NCBI GenBank assembly: GCA_001778495.1
Contig: MFHE01000007.1
Location: forward strand, 3,996-67,995
Origin: Candidatus Giovannonibacteria bacterium RIFCSPHIGHO2_01_FULL_45_24
GTDB taxonomy: Bacteria; Patescibacteriota; Minisyncoccia; UBA11713; 2-01-FULL-45-33
Reading direction: 5' to 3'
DNA: 64,000 nucleotides
Under the pieces are notes generated by a model. The model was not told where the DNA came from and made no database searches. It saw only the letters and a list, made by a program, of their open reading frames with translations. Positions 27,320-37,128 of the stretch are shown here, one piece after another; position 1 is the first letter of the stretch, and every line of letters begins with the position of its first letter. Both the position numbers and the translations under genes were made by a program.

Positions 27320-28387
27320 TTATAATCCTTCTTTCTCCAAATCCGAAAGGAGTTTTTTCGCCTGATGCGAAAGTTTTTTCGGAAGTTTTTGGAATAGCCG
27401 AATTAGAAGATCTCCTCTACTCCCTCTCATTTTCGGCACCCCCTTCCCGCGCAATCTTAGAAAATCGCCTGATTTTGAAAGCTCCGGAACGCACACTAAA
27501 ATTTTTCCTTCCAACGTCTCTATGATTTCTTCCCCTCCCAAAAGCATGCTCGATACCGGCAAATACAAGTCCGTTAAAATATCAAGCCCTTCGCGGCGGA
27601 AAGCATGGTGCGGCAAAACGCGAATCCGGACGTAAAGGTCTCCCGCCTGCCCTTTAGCGACTTCTTCTCCCAGCCCGGTAAACTTGATTGCCTCGCCGTC
27701 GCGGATTCCCGCGGGGATATCTATGTCAATCGTCTCCGATTTTTTTAAAACTCCGGAGCCGCGGCAATGCCTGCAAATTTTCTCCGGCGCCTCCCCGCGC
27801 CCGCGGCAGAGTGTGCACTCCGAAAGCGCCGTAAAGGAGCCGAAGAGCGAGCGGCGCGTCTCGCGCACGGTCCCCGTGCCTCCGCAGGTCTGGCATTTTT
27901 TGAGCGAACTTCCTGGCTCCGCGCCGAGACCTTTACAAATTTCGCACTTTTTTGATTTTTCAATAACCACGCTTCTTCGCCCGCCGAAAACCGACTCTCT
28001 AAACGAAATGTCAATGCCCAAAGAAATATCACTGCCGCGTTTTGCTCTCCGCCATTGTCCGCCTCTGGCGGAGAATCCTCCTAGACCGCCCAAAAAATCC
28101 TCGAAGATGTCGCCTAAATCTGCGCCAAATCCCTGCCCGAAGTCAAAACCCTCAAACCCTTCGCCTGGCCCCTGCCCGGAAAAAGCATGGCCGAATCTGT
28201 CGTATTGGGTGCGCTTCTGTTCGTCTCCTAAAATCTGGTAGGCCTCGTTTATTTCCTTGAATTTTTTTTCATCCCCCCCTTTTTTATCCGGATGATGCTG
28301 GTGCGCCAGCTTTCTGTAGGCGCGCTTAACTTCCTCCGCCGACGCCCCCTTCTTCACTCCCAAGATGTCATAGTAGTCCTTAGACAT
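27320..28387 (-). CDS. dnaJ: Chaperone DnaJ
   Basis: J-domain DYYDILGV...HHPDK, a G/F region, and four CxxCxGxG zinc-finger repeats. Confidence 0.95.
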   Translation of the reverse strand: MSKDYYDILGVKKGASAEEVKRAYRKLAHQHHPDKKGGDEKKFKEINEAYQILGDEQKRTQYDRFGHAFSGQGPGEGFEGFDFGQGFGADLGDIFEDFLGGLGGFSARGGQWRRAKRGSDISLGIDISFRESVFGGRRSVVIEKSKKCEICKGLGAEPGSSLKKCQTCGGTGTVRETRRSLFGSFTALSECTLCRGRGEAPEKICRHCRGSGVLKKSETIDIDIPAGIRDGEAIKFTGLGEEVAKGQAGDLYVRIRVLPHHAFRREGLDILTDLYLPVSSMLLGGEEIIETLEGKILVCVPELSKSGDFLRLRGKGVPKMRGSRGDLLIRLFQKLPKKLSHQAKKLLSDLEKEGL

Positions 28388-30257
28388 CTCTGTGCTCGGT
28401 ATCTTTTATGTCAGGACCTTGGCCGTCTTCCGGTTTATTTTTATACATCGCTTCGCCGATTTTGGAGAGGGATTGCGCAAGTTCCGCTTCAGCAGAGCGA
28501 ATTGCCGCAACATCATCTCCGTCTTTGACTTTTTTAAGCGCCTCTATTTTTTGATTGACTTCGTCGTTAATCGTCGCTTCAATTTTACCTGCCTTGCCGG
28601 CAGGCAGGTCTCCGGCATCGCGCAAAGATTTCTCCGCCGTGTAAACCAGCGCGTCCGCTCGGTTTCTGGCCTCAACCAATTCTTTTTTCTTGCTGTCTTC
28701 ATCCGCATGCGCCTCGGCGTCGTTCTTCATGCGCTCTATTTCATCTTTTGAAAGCCCGGTGGACGCTTCAATCCTTATGGATTGCTCTTTATTCGTCGCT
28801 TTATCTTTGGCTTTGACGGACAAAATTCCGTTAGCGTCAATGTCAAAAGAAACTTCAACCTGCGGCATGCCGCGAGGCGCCGGAGGGATGCCGTCCAAAA
28901 TAAATCTGCCCAAAGTTTTATTGTCCGCCGCCATTTCTCTTTCGCCCTGCAAAACATGTATCTCAACGGAGGTCTGATTGTCGGCCGCGGTTGAGAAAAC
29001 CTGCGCGCGCGCGACCGGAACGGTCGTATTTTTTTCAATGACTTTTGTCATCACGCCTCCCAAAGTCTCAATGCCCAAAGAGAGCGGCGTGACATCCAAA
29101 AGCAAAACGTCTTTTACGTCGCCGCGCAAAATTCCGCCCTGCACCGCCGCGCCCACGGCCACGACTTCGTCGGGATTAATGGAAAGGTTGGCTTCCTTCC
29201 CAAAAAGTTTTTTAATCCCCTCTTGAATCGCCGGCATCCTTGTCTGCCCGCCGACCAAGACGATTTCATCAATGTCTTTTAATTCAAACTTGGCCTCGCG
29301 GACGACGTTTTTTGTGATTTCAAAAGATTTATCCAAAAAATCGCGCACCAAATCTTCCAGCTTGGCGCGAGTTAATTTCATAATCAGGTGCCGCGGGCCG
29401 GAGGCGTCGGAAGTGATAAATGGAATATTTAGTTCGGTCTCAAGCGCGGTTGAGAGCTCATGCTTGGCTTTCTCCGCGGCTTCCTTTAGGCGCTGGAGCG
29501 CCAAGACGTCCTTGGTGACATCAACCCCTGATTCTTTTTTAAATTCCGAGGCAATATGCTGAATGATTTTTTGGTCAAAATCGTCGCCGCCCAAGTGGGT
29601 GTCCCCGCCGGTTGCCCGGACTTCAATGGTGTTATCTCCGATTTCAAGCACCGAAAGGTCAAATGTGCCGCCCCCCAAATCGTAAACCACAATCTGTTCG
29701 TTTCTTTTTTTATCAAGCCCGTAGGCGAGCGCGGCCGCCGTGGGCTCGTTTAAAATTCTTTTAACTTTAAATCCGGCGATCTCCCCCGCGGCTTTCGTGG
29801 CCTGGCGCTGCGAATCGTCAAAATACGCCGGCACTGTGATAATTGCTTCCTCAATACGCTCTCCGAGCTTTGCTTCAGTATCGGTTTTTAATTTAGCCAA
29901 AATCATAGCCGAGATTTCCTCCGGCCGATACCATTTCTCGTTGATTTTAACATCAACCCCGCCGTTCTGGGATTCCTTAATCTCGTAAGGCAGGAGGGTT
30001 TTATCGCGTTTAACCTCCGCATCGCTGAATTTCCGCCCAATCAACCGCTTTACCGAAAAAATAGTGTTTTTCGGATTAGTTACGGCCTGCCTTTTCGCTA
30101 AAAGCCCGACTAAGCGCTCGCCGGATTTTGAAAAGGCGACCATTGACGGCGTGGTTCGCGCGCCCTCCGCGTTTTCCAATATTTTCGGGACCCCTCCTTC
30201 CACAATCGCCATCGCCGAGTTGGTCGTCCCCAAATCTATTCCTAGAATTTTTGCCAT
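28380..30257 (-). CDS. dnaK: Chaperone DnaK (Hsp70)
   Basis: 625 aa. [17 protein letters not shown] and [10 protein letters not shown] signatures. Confidence 0.97.
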   Translation of the reverse strand: MAKILGIDLGTTNSAMAIVEGGVPKILENAEGARTTPSMVAFSKSGERLVGLLAKRQAVTNPKNTIFSVKRLIGRKFSDAEVKRDKTLLPYEIKESQNGGVDVKINEKWYRPEEISAMILAKLKTDTEAKLGERIEEAIITVPAYFDDSQRQATKAAGEIAGFKVKRILNEPTAAALAYGLDKKRNEQIVVYDLGGGTFDLSVLEIGDNTIEVRATGGDTHLGGDDFDQKIIQHIASEFKKESGVDVTKDVLALQRLKEAAEKAKHELSTALETELNIPFITSDASGPRHLIMKLTRAKLEDLVRDFLDKSFEITKNVVREAKFELKDIDEIVLVGGQTRMPAIQEGIKKLFGKEANLSINPDEVVAVGAAVQGGILRGDVKDVLLLDVTPLSLGIETLGGVMTKVIEKNTTVPVARAQVFSTAADNQTSVEIHVLQGEREMAADNKTLGRFILDGIPPAPRGMPQVEVSFDIDANGILSVKAKDKATNKEQSIRIEASTGLSKDEIERMKNDAEAHADEDSKKKELVEARNRADALVYTAEKSLRDAGDLPAGKAGKIEATINDEVNQKIEALKKVKDGDDVAAIRSAEAELAQSLSKIGEAMYKNKPEDGQGPDIKDTEHRDV

Positions 30258-30329
30258 AATTTTAATACTAATCTACTAATTTTATTCGAATAATACGAAT
30301 ATACAAATTTAATTTGTTGCATTCGCATA

Positions 30330-30842
30330 TCATTCGTTGATTTGTATTTTATAGTATCCGACTTTGACCTTTGCCGGACGCAAAACGCGATCGTAAATTT
30401 TATACCCTTTCTGTAACTCCTCCAAAATCGCGCCGTCTTTTTCTTTTTCAGAAACCCCAACCCGCTCAAGCGCCTCGTGATACATCGGGTCAAATTTCCT
30501 GCCATTTGCTTCAAGTTGTTCAACGCCCTCTCTTTTTAATATTTCCCGAAGATGCGCGTAAATCGGCCCCATTTCTTTCCCTGCAAGCTCAAGCGAATCC
30601 GCTACCGCCAGCATTTCCCGCAGAATACTCTCCCCAGCGAACTTCGCAAATTCTGCCTTAGCTTTTTCCTCGTCCTTTCTTGCGTTGATAAAATCCGCCC
30701 TTGCTCTCTGCCAGCCCGCCAAATATTCCGCCTTTTCTTTCTGGCAAATCTTAAGCTCTTCGCGCAGTTTTTTTAATTTACCGCCAAGCCCGTTCTCCTC
30801 CACAACTTCGTTTTCTATAATATCATCTTTTTCGTTGAGCAT
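30330..30842 (-). CDS. grpE: Nucleotide exchange factor GrpE
   Basis: 170 aa. RARADFINARKD and FDPMYHEA motifs, in the hrcA-grpE-dnaK-dnaJ order. Confidence 0.9.
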   Translation of the reverse strand: MLNEKDDIIENEVVEENGLGGKLKKLREELKICQKEKAEYLAGWQRARADFINARKDEEKAKAEFAKFAGESILREMLAVADSLELAGKEMGPIYAHLREILKREGVEQLEANGRKFDPMYHEALERVGVSEKEKDGAILEELQKGYKIYDRVLRPAKVKVGYYKIQINE

Positions 30843-31521
30843 GTTTCTTCTTATTCTTAATGTCTTCGGCTGCGTAGCGAACCGCGGAGGTTGCCCTTTC
30901 GTAATTCATGCGCTGCGGGCCGGCGGAGAAAATAACGCACTCGCCTAGATTTTCGTCGCGAAAGAGCACGCTCACGATTCCAAATCCTTTTGCGTTAACC
31001 TCCGTATTCGAAAACGTTTTTATGTCGCGGTGAATGTTTTCGGCAAAATCGGCGAAGCGCGCGGCCATGCCGCGACGCAAAAACTCCGGCTCCTTCAAAA
31101 CTTCCGGGAGACCGCGCCCAAAAATGCGCTCTTCGTCCAGTATGCTTATGCCTGAAAAAAGCTTAAGGTGGCCGGCCAAAGCGCGGGAAAGCTCGCCGAA
31201 AGCCGAATCCAGCTCCGAATCCATTTTTTCAATAATGCGGTCAAGCTCGCCACGGAGCCCGGAAGCCGGCTCGCGCACGGACATCAAGTTTTCCACAAAA
31301 TAGCGATAGCTTTTGTTCGTCGGGGCGCGGCCCGCGGAGGTGTGCGGCTGGTAAAGATAACCCTCCACGTCAAGCTCCAGCATGACATTTCTGATCGTCG
31401 CCGGACTCGCGTCCAGCGCCCCGCGCGAAGAAACGCGACCGGAAGACACTGGATTTGCCGTCTTAATATAGTCCCTTATGATGAAATCCAAAATGTTTTC
31501 TTTTCTTTGTTCCAGTCTCAT
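30823..31521 (-). CDS. hrcA: Heat-inducible repressor HrcA (short form)
   Basis: 232 aa. N-terminal wHTH RKENILDFIIRDYIKTANPVSSGRV. First gene of the chaperone operon, immediately downstream of a CIRCE element. Confidence 0.8.
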   Translation of the reverse strand: MRLEQRKENILDFIIRDYIKTANPVSSGRVSSRGALDASPATIRNVMLELDVEGYLYQPHTSAGRAPTNKSYRYFVENLMSVREPASGLRGELDRIIEKMDSELDSAFGELSRALAGHLKLFSGISILDEERIFGRGLPEVLKEPEFLRRGMAARFADFAENIHRDIKTFSNTEVNAKGFGIVSVLFRDENLGECVIFSAGPQRMNYERATSAVRYAAEDIKNKKKHAQRKR

Positions 31522-31546
31522 ATTCGTAATTAGTAGTGTATCAAAA

Positions 31547-31573
31547 TTAGCACTCTCCCGTCAAGACTGCTAA
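31547..31573. promoter_or_regulatory. CIRCE operator
   Basis: TTAGCACTC-N9-GACTGCTAA, one mismatch to the TTAGCACTC-N9-GAGTGCTAA consensus. It lies 26 nt upstream of the hrcA start. Confidence 0.85.
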
Positions 31574-31654
31574 CGCGCCGCAGGGCCTTTGGTTTTCCCT
31601 ATTGACTTTCATTGCTTTCTAATATAACCTCTAAATTAGGAAAGGAGGTGCCTT

Positions 31655-31906
31655 ATGGAACTAGCGTCGGTAACATTAATGGCGCAGGACCCCCAAAACG
31701 TGGTCCTTAACATCCCCGGGATGCCAAAGAGCATCCCCTTGCAGGAGGCCGCCAAAAAGGCCAGATGCATGGTGCTTAAGTTTATTAGCGGGTGCGCCCG
31801 TTACTATCTGGCTGATGCAACTGCCCCTTGGTGGTCAAAGACCCTGGTGAAGGTCATTGAGGTCATTTCAGGCCTTCTCCAGAAAAACTGCGAAGATTGC
31901 GCATAA
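31655..31906 (+). CDS. Hypothetical 83-aa protein (SD-bearing orphan)
   Basis: Strong SD (AAGGAGGT) 5 nt before the ATG. Cys-containing, with no family recognised. Confidence 0.55.
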   Translation: MELASVTLMAQDPQNVVLNIPGMPKSIPLQEAAKKARCMVLKFISGCARYYLADATAPWWSKTLVKVIEVISGLLQKNCEDCA

Positions 31907-31931
31907 AAACCCAAGAAAGGAGAAATCAACA

Positions 31932-32258
31932 ATGGCGCAACTTATTGGTTACAAAGGGGGGCTGGCAATAATTCCCGGCACTAACCCAAGCACGAAACAG
32001 CCGTGGACTGCCGAGGAATTGTTTCAAGTCGCACTCACTATGTGCGTCAAGCCGAAGGTAAAATCGATCAAGAAAACGCCGGTGCTATGGTTTGACGCGC
32101 AAGAGCTCAAGAAGCTAGGGGAGAAAGCAGCCAGCCAGGTGGAATCAGCTCTCCTAGACGCCGGTGAGGGCTTGAAGGAGTCGCTGGTCGGATTGAGTTC
32201 GCTCCACCAGCTCCTGACGAACATGGGGTTTCCGATCGAACAACCAATCGTGCCTTGA
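31932..32258 (+). CDS. Hypothetical 108-aa protein (SD-bearing orphan)
   Basis: The internal ATG is preceded by AAAGGAG at 9 nt. An intrinsic terminator follows. Confidence 0.55.
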   Translation: MAQLIGYKGGLAIIPGTNPSTKQPWTAEELFQVALTMCVKPKVKSIKKTPVLWFDAQELKKLGEKAASQVESALLDAGEGLKESLVGLSSLHQLLTNMGFPIEQPIVP

Positions 32259-32273
32259 TTGCTGGGGGTAACC

Positions 32274-32300
32274 GAGGGGCAAAACACCGCCCCTCTTTTT
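32274..32300 (+). terminator. Intrinsic terminator
   Basis: GAGGGGC-aaaacacc-GCCCCTC followed by ttttt. Confidence 0.8.
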
Positions 32301-32314
32301 ATTTATTTTATTTT

Positions 32315-32344
32315 TTGACAGAAACCAAAATATCCGCTTAAGAT
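32315..32344 (+). promoter_or_regulatory. Sigma70-like promoter of the 70-aa gene
   Basis: TTGACA-N18-TAAGAT, 28 nt upstream of the ATG at 32373. Confidence 0.5.
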
Positions 32345-32372
32345 TAAACTAGTTAGAGAGGAGGGCTCTATT

Positions 32373-32585
32373 ATGGCTAAAAAGGCACAAATAGAACCCG
32401 CTCAAAATTGCGAAGAAATCCTGAACATTGATGGCGTTATTTTTACCTGTGACGACCCAAAAAGGGGGCATACCGCCCCTCACTGCTCACAACGAAAAAT
32501 TAAAGTTGGTGGCTTAAACTACCATATCGTCTATATCATAACCTGGAGAAAAGCCGCCAATGTCGTCTTATCTTCGCAAAATTGA
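32373..32585 (+). CDS. Hypothetical 70-aa protein (SD-bearing orphan)
   Basis: SD GAGGAGGG 7 nt before the ATG, with its own promoter-like site and terminator. No family recognised. Confidence 0.5.
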   Translation: MAKKAQIEPAQNCEEILNIDGVIFTCDDPKRGHTAPHCSQRKIKVGGLNYHIVYIITWRKAANVVLSSQN

Positions 32586-32588
32586 GCA

Positions 32589-32619
32589 GGCCCCGTCGTC
32601 CGCGACGGGGCCGTTTTTT
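32589..32619 (+). terminator. Intrinsic terminator
   Basis: GGCCCCGTCG-tccg-CGACGGGGCC (10-bp stem) followed by gtttttt. Confidence 0.85.
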
Positions 32620-32730
32620 GCGCTTACCCCTTCGCCCACCGCAGGGCTTTATAAGTGCGAAAAAAATACTTATCCACATTGTGAGGGTTATTTAAATTAT
32701 TATAGTATTTTTTAAAACCAAAACTAGACA

Positions 32731-33123
32731 CTAAGGATTGCCTTGCATGGAAGCATCATTGTCATTTACTATAACGAGTTGCTTGCGTATAAAATCTATC
32801 AAGACCTTATGATTATTAAAAAGCTGTGTTCCGGCAATAGGTTGCGACGATCCTGTGAGCGTAGCTGAAACCGTTCTTTGTTCTCCTTCAATAAACACTA
32901 AAACCGGAAATACAAGTTCATAAGCTTTTCTGCCGTCAGCATATTCTACAAGTTGAACTCCTTTTACCGGCGCACCTATTTCAATTAAAATACTAACGGG
33001 CAAGGAAAGTTCGCCGCTATGTCCCGTATCAAAAAGGGCGTCAATAAATCCTCTTTTCCATAAACCGCTTACCTCAATTTTTACTTTAGGCCGCCCCTGT
33101 TCATCAAAATATGCTGGAACCAT
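32731..33123 (-). CDS. Retropepsin-like (clan AA) aspartic protease, single-domain
   Basis: 130 aa. ALFDTGHSGELSLP (DTG-type active-site loop) and the small size are typical of stand-alone prokaryotic clan AA proteases. AT-rich. Confidence 0.7.
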   Translation of the reverse strand: MVPAYFDEQGRPKVKIEVSGLWKRGFIDALFDTGHSGELSLPVSILIEIGAPVKGVQLVEYADGRKAYELVFPVLVFIEGEQRTVSATLTGSSQPIAGTQLFNNHKVLIDFIRKQLVIVNDNDASMQGNP

Positions 33124-33391
33124 AAGACGGCATAAAGTGATGCGAAATCTTTGTGATTTCTCCTATCCTACGAACATAAAAAAGCTTGTCAGGATAGCGC
33201 TTTTTAGCAGCATCCAGGGCCTCGCCGGATGTTTCCCCAATAAAAAAATCTTCAGAGGCAATCTCTATTGCAACATACTTGCCCGAATGTTCTTTCTCCA
33301 GTTTTAATGAATGTTTCTGATATATTTTTTCGCCTTTGTCACCCAATTCAGAAACTTGTATATTAGGTATATTCAATGATTGATTAGCCAT
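33104..33391 (-). CDS. Small partner protein (DUF5678-like by eye)
   Basis: 95 aa from the internal ATG. HSGKYVAIEIASEDFFIGETSGEALDAAKKRYPDKLFYVRRIG. Its 3' end overlaps the protease start by 20 nt. Confidence 0.55.
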   Translation of the reverse strand: MANQSLNIPNIQVSELGDKGEKIYQKHSLKLEKEHSGKYVAIEIASEDFFIGETSGEALDAAKKRYPDKLFYVRRIGEITKISHHFMPSYGSSIF

Positions 33392-33471
33392 ATGATTTCT
33401 CAACACTTAAACAATAACGCATAACTCTGCCTTTTGTATAATAATACCAAATCTTAATAGTTAGGCAAATT

Positions 33472-33885
33472 CTACCTCTTCGCCCACTGGGGGGCTTTGC
33501 GGGCTTTCTTCAAACCAAACTTTCGTCTCTCTTTCATCCGCGGGTCGCGCTTTAAGTAGCCCAGACTTTTTAGTGATTTTCTGTTTTCGGCGTCAACTTT
33601 TAAAAGCGCGCGGGAGATGCCGTGGCGCAATGCCTCCGCCTGCGAGTGGATTCCCCCGCCGGAAATTTTCGCTGAAACTCTGTAGGCGCCCTCCGCGCGC
33701 ACCGCGCCCAGCCCCTCCTCCGCTATTTTTTTGAGTTCCAAGGTCGGAAAATATTGCTGATACGGCTTTTGATTTACGAAAATATTCGGCAAAGAATTTT
33801 TCTCCTTAAAAAGCCTCACGCGGGCTACAGAAGTTTTCCGGCGTCCCACCGCTTCAAAGTATTCGCTTTTATTTGTCTTCTCCAT
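33472..33885 (-). CDS. rpsI: Ribosomal protein S9
   Basis: GRRKTSVARV and the C-terminal KKARKAPQWAKR. Confidence 0.95.
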   Translation of the reverse strand: MEKTNKSEYFEAVGRRKTSVARVRLFKEKNSLPNIFVNQKPYQQYFPTLELKKIAEEGLGAVRAEGAYRVSAKISGGGIHSQAEALRHGISRALLKVDAENRKSLKSLGYLKRDPRMKERRKFGLKKARKAPQWAKR

Positions 33886-34240
33886 GATAAATTATTAAAT
33901 TTTTAATCATTAATTTTTTAAGCCGGTTTTTGCGGAGCATCCCAGAGACGGCGCGGCGCAAAACATCGCGCTTATTTGTTTGGGCGACCTCCCAGGCGCT
34001 TTTTACTTTTCTGCCGCCCGGGTAGCCGGAGTATGTCCAAAACTCCCTATCCTTAAGCTTTTTTTCCGAAAAAGCGATGCTGTCGGCGTTTTTCACAATA
34101 ACCTTGGGCAAATCAAGCGAGTGCGGAAGAAAGCCAACGCTAGTTTTGCCACGAAGCGCCTTGGCCGTCTCCGAGGCAATCCTCCCAAGCTTTTTGTTTT
34201 TCGCGTCAATTATGATTTCTTTCGCCATATTTTTATACAA
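33869..34240 (-). CDS. rplM: Ribosomal protein L13
   Basis: IIDAKNKKLGRIASETAKALRGK...YSGYPGG. Confidence 0.9.
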   Translation of the reverse strand: MYKNMAKEIIIDAKNKKLGRIASETAKALRGKTSVGFLPHSLDLPKVIVKNADSIAFSEKKLKDREFWTYSGYPGGRKVKSAWEVAQTNKRDVLRRAVSGMLRKNRLKKLMIKNLIIYHGEDK

Positions 34241-34577
34241 ACTCTATGAGCGCCATCTGCGAAGCGTCTCCACCCCTTCGGTTAAGTTTTATAATTCTAG
34301 TGTATCCGCCGTTTCTCGCCTCATATTTGGGCGCGATTTCTTTGACCAATTTCGCAGCCGCCTCTTTCGGCAAAAATTTTCTGGCGCCGCGGTACCCCAA
34401 AACAAGATTCCCGCTTTTTTTGGCGTGCGTAACCAGCCGCTCCGCAACCGGCCGGAGCGCTTTGGCGCGGGCGAGCGTGGTTTTAATTTTCCCGCTGGTT
34501 ATCAAGCCAACCGCCAGACTTCTCAAAAACGCCCGCCTTTGATTCCTTTCTCTTCCGAATTTTCTCGTCTTTGCCAC
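34233..34577 (-). CDS. rplQ: Ribosomal protein L17
   Basis: RKFGRERNQRRAFLRSLAVGLITSGKIKTTLARAKALRPVAERLVT. Confidence 0.95.
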   Translation of the reverse strand: MAKTRKFGRERNQRRAFLRSLAVGLITSGKIKTTLARAKALRPVAERLVTHAKKSGNLVLGYRGARKFLPKEAAAKLVKEIAPKYEARNGGYTRIIKLNRRGGDASQMALIEFV

Positions 34578-34590
34578 CGCGTTTACTTTT

Positions 34591-35514
34591 TTATTCCTTT
34601 AAAGAAAGCTTAAGTTTCGCCAGCGCTTTTTTAATCTCCGCAACCGCTTTCTCGCCTACGCCGTCTAAGTCCCTGATTTCGCTTTCGGATTTTTGGGACA
34701 ACTCTTCCGGAACGCTGAACCCCGCGGACACCAGCGCGTTTTTGGTACGCTGGGAAAGCTTCATCTCTGCAAAGCCAGCTTCTTCGCCAAGCGCCGCGCC
34801 GGGCTCGGCGTCGCCTTCAAAATTTTCAATATGCTCTATTTGCTGGCGCATAATCCGGAGCGCTTCCTTGAGCGCGGCGCGGGAAGAAATTGTCCCGTCG
34901 GTTTCTATAAAAAGGCGCAGGCGGTTGTAGTCCGTGCGGTCGCCGACGCGCATATTTTCAACTTCGTAGGTGGCTCGCCGGATGGGAGTAAAAATCGCGT
35001 CCAGCACTATAGTGCCCACCGAAACCTTGTCTTTAACCAGCTCTTCGGACGGCACAAACCCAATGCCTTTTTCCACGGTGAACTCGGCGTTGAAACCGGC
35101 GTTTTTGTCGGTAAGGGTCGCAAGATGCAGGTCTTTATTCATAACCTCAAGCTGGGTGGGGCATTTTATGTCTTTTCCTTTGATTTCTTTCACGCCCCTG
35201 ACTTCCACTGCCGCCGTCTCCGGCCCGTCGGTATGGATTTTAAAACGAAGCTGTTTTATGTTGAGCAAAATCGTGACGACATCTTCCAAAACCCCCGGCA
35301 GCGTGGCGAACTCGTGAGACGCCCCTTCTATTTTCACTTTCGTCACGGCCGCTCCGGAAAGCGATGAGAGCAAAATCCTCCGAAGCGAATTTCCCAAGGT
35401 ATGACCGTAGCCCGGGTAAAGGCCGTCTATCTCGTATGTCCCCTTAGAATCCTCTTCGGAGACGACGCGGGTATGAGTTTGCAAAACTGTGCTCTGATCC
35501 ATAAAATTAAACAA
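34591..35514 (-). CDS. rpoA: RNA polymerase alpha subunit
   Basis: 307 aa. GYGHTLGNSLRRILLSS, and a C-terminal domain with LSQRTKNAL. Confidence 0.95.
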   Translation of the reverse strand: MFNFMDQSTVLQTHTRVVSEEDSKGTYEIDGLYPGYGHTLGNSLRRILLSSLSGAAVTKVKIEGASHEFATLPGVLEDVVTILLNIKQLRFKIHTDGPETAAVEVRGVKEIKGKDIKCPTQLEVMNKDLHLATLTDKNAGFNAEFTVEKGIGFVPSEELVKDKVSVGTIVLDAIFTPIRRATYEVENMRVGDRTDYNRLRLFIETDGTISSRAALKEALRIMRQQIEHIENFEGDAEPGAALGEEAGFAEMKLSQRTKNALVSAGFSVPEELSQKSESEIRDLDGVGEKAVAEIKKALAKLKLSLKE

Positions 35515-35525
35515 AAAAATAGCTG

Positions 35526-36128
35526 TTAACGCGAATAATACTCGACTATTGAGTTTAAATTATAAGACCTTATTAAATCATCGGCCGGCGGCACTGAAAT
35601 TATTTTGCCGGAAAAAGCGTCTTTGTCAATCTCAAGCCATTCCGGAGGAGCATATTTTTTTATTGTCACAGCAAGATTTAAGAACGCCCCTTTGCCGGCG
35701 CTCCCCGGCCGTATCTTAATCTCGTCTCCGATTTTAATCCTGCAGGAAGGAACGCTGACCCTTTTGCCGTTCACCAAAATATGGCCGTGGTTTACCGCCT
35801 GCCTCGCCCCGGCGCGCGTTGGGGCAAATCCCAAACGGTGGACGATGTTGTCCAAACGCAATTCCAGGTTCCGCACTATCGCCTCGCCGGCGGGAATAGC
35901 GTGCTGGGCAACAGCGGAAAGCACGTAATTTTTAAACTGCTGTTCGCGGAGGCCATAAAGAAATTTCACTTTTTGTTTACTTTTAAGCTGCGTGCCGAAT
36001 TCCGAAAGCCCGCGCCGGAAAGATTTTCCGTGGATGCCCGGGGGGTAAGGTTTTCTTTTGAAAGCGCATTTCTCGCGCCCGCAAACGGACATACCCAATC
36101 TCCTGCAAGTTTTACAATTGGCTCTCAT
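35526..36128 (-). CDS. rpsD: Ribosomal protein S4
   Basis: A Cys-rich N-terminus, YGLREQQF, and the S4 RNA-binding domain LDNIVHRLGFAPTRAGARQAVNHGHILVNG. Confidence 0.95.
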   Translation of the reverse strand: MRANCKTCRRLGMSVCGREKCAFKRKPYPPGIHGKSFRRGLSEFGTQLKSKQKVKFLYGLREQQFKNYVLSAVAQHAIPAGEAIVRNLELRLDNIVHRLGFAPTRAGARQAVNHGHILVNGKRVSVPSCRIKIGDEIKIRPGSAGKGAFLNLAVTIKKYAPPEWLEIDKDAFSGKIISVPPADDLIRSYNLNSIVEYYSR

Positions 36129-36559
36129 ACTCTTCTTGACTTCGGCGGCCGCGGGCCGTTGTGGGGAACCGGGGTTACGTCGCGGATTGAATAAATATCA
36201 AACCCCTGCGCGACAAGCGACCTCAATGCCGCGTCTCTCCCTGCGCCTACGCCTTTTATTAAAACGCTTAAATTTTTCACTCCGGCCGCCTTGGCTTTGT
36301 CTCCCAAAAATTCCGCCAGCTTTGTCGCCGCGTACGGCGTCCCCTTTTTTGCCCCGGAAAAGCCGAGTGCGCCCGAGGAAGAAGACATTATCACATCCCC
36401 CCTCTGGTCGCTTACTGAAATGATTGTATTGTTGTAAGTGGAAAGTATATGAACGACTCCGTCCGTGATTTTTTTCTTTGGGGAAGCAATCTTAACAGCC
36501 GAGGCCCTGCCCTCGTCCGTAGTCAAATCCGCTTTTTGAATTATTCTTTTTTTGCCCAT
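36125..36559 (-). CDS. rpsK: Ribosomal protein S11
   Basis: GVVHILSTYNNTIISVSD...IRDVTPVPHNGPRPPKSRRV. Confidence 0.95.
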   Translation of the reverse strand: MGKKRIIQKADLTTDEGRASAVKIASPKKKITDGVVHILSTYNNTIISVSDQRGDVIMSSSSGALGFSGAKKGTPYAATKLAEFLGDKAKAAGVKNLSVLIKGVGAGRDAALRSLVAQGFDIYSIRDVTPVPHNGPRPPKSRRV

Positions 36560-36583
36560 TTTATTTATAGTGAGTTTCTCGAA

Positions 36584-36970
36584 CTATTTCTTTTCTAATT
36601 TTCGTTTGCCGGACATCATGGTTTTGCGGACGTTGCCTCTCCTGGTGCGGGAATTTGTTTTTGTGCGCTGGCCGCGGACAGGAAGATTCCTCATGTGCCG
36701 GACGCCCCTGTAGGATTTTATGTCTTTTAACCTTTTAATGTTTAAAGTGACTTCCCGCCTTAGCTCCCCCTCAATTTTATATTTTTTTTCAATTATGTCG
36801 CGGAGTTTGCTTACTTCCTGGGGAGCCAGTTCTTTAGCGCGCTTATTTTCGTCAATTTTCACAGAAGACAAAATGCGGTGCGCCAAAGGCCTCCCTATGC
36901 CGTAAATGTAGGCGAGAGAAACGGGAATTTTTTTATTGTCCGGGATATTCACCCCTGCGATTCTGACCAT
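36584..36970 (-). CDS. rpsM: Ribosomal protein S13
   Basis: [26 protein letters not shown]...[14 protein letters not shown]. Confidence 0.95.
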   Translation of the reverse strand: MVRIAGVNIPDNKKIPVSLAYIYGIGRPLAHRILSSVKIDENKRAKELAPQEVSKLRDIIEKKYKIEGELRREVTLNIKRLKDIKSYRGVRHMRNLPVRGQRTKTNSRTRRGNVRKTMMSGKRKLEKK

Positions 36971-36988
36971 TTTTAAATCTTTAAATAT

Positions 36989-37102
36989 TTAACCCTGCCT
37001 TTGCTTATGCCGCGGATTTTTGCAGACTATAAAAACTCTGCCGCCCCTGCGGACGACCTTGCAGCTTGCGCACCTTGGTTTTACCGAAGCTCTTACTTTC
37101 AT
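36989..37102 (-). CDS. rpmJ: Ribosomal protein L36
   Basis: Hand-translated 37 aa: [37 protein letters not shown]. Below the ORF-track cutoff. Confidence 0.9.
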   Translation of the reverse strand: MKVRASVKPRCASCKVVRRGGRVFIVCKNPRHKQRQG

Positions 37103-37128
37103 ATTTCGACTTCGCCCAATATAAATAA

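Noticed and set aside
30258-30329. Short palindromes between grpE and dnaK (ATTCG-N7-CGAAT and ACAAAT-tta-ATTTGT), considered as a second heat-shock operator.
   Set aside because: They do not match CIRCE. They are short AT-rich inverted repeats of a kind common in AT-rich spacers.
32670-32678. A perfect DnaA box, TTATCCACA.
   Set aside because: It is a single isolated 9-mer, which is expected by chance at roughly this frequency in 64 kb on both strands. There is no cluster and no AT-rich unwinding element.
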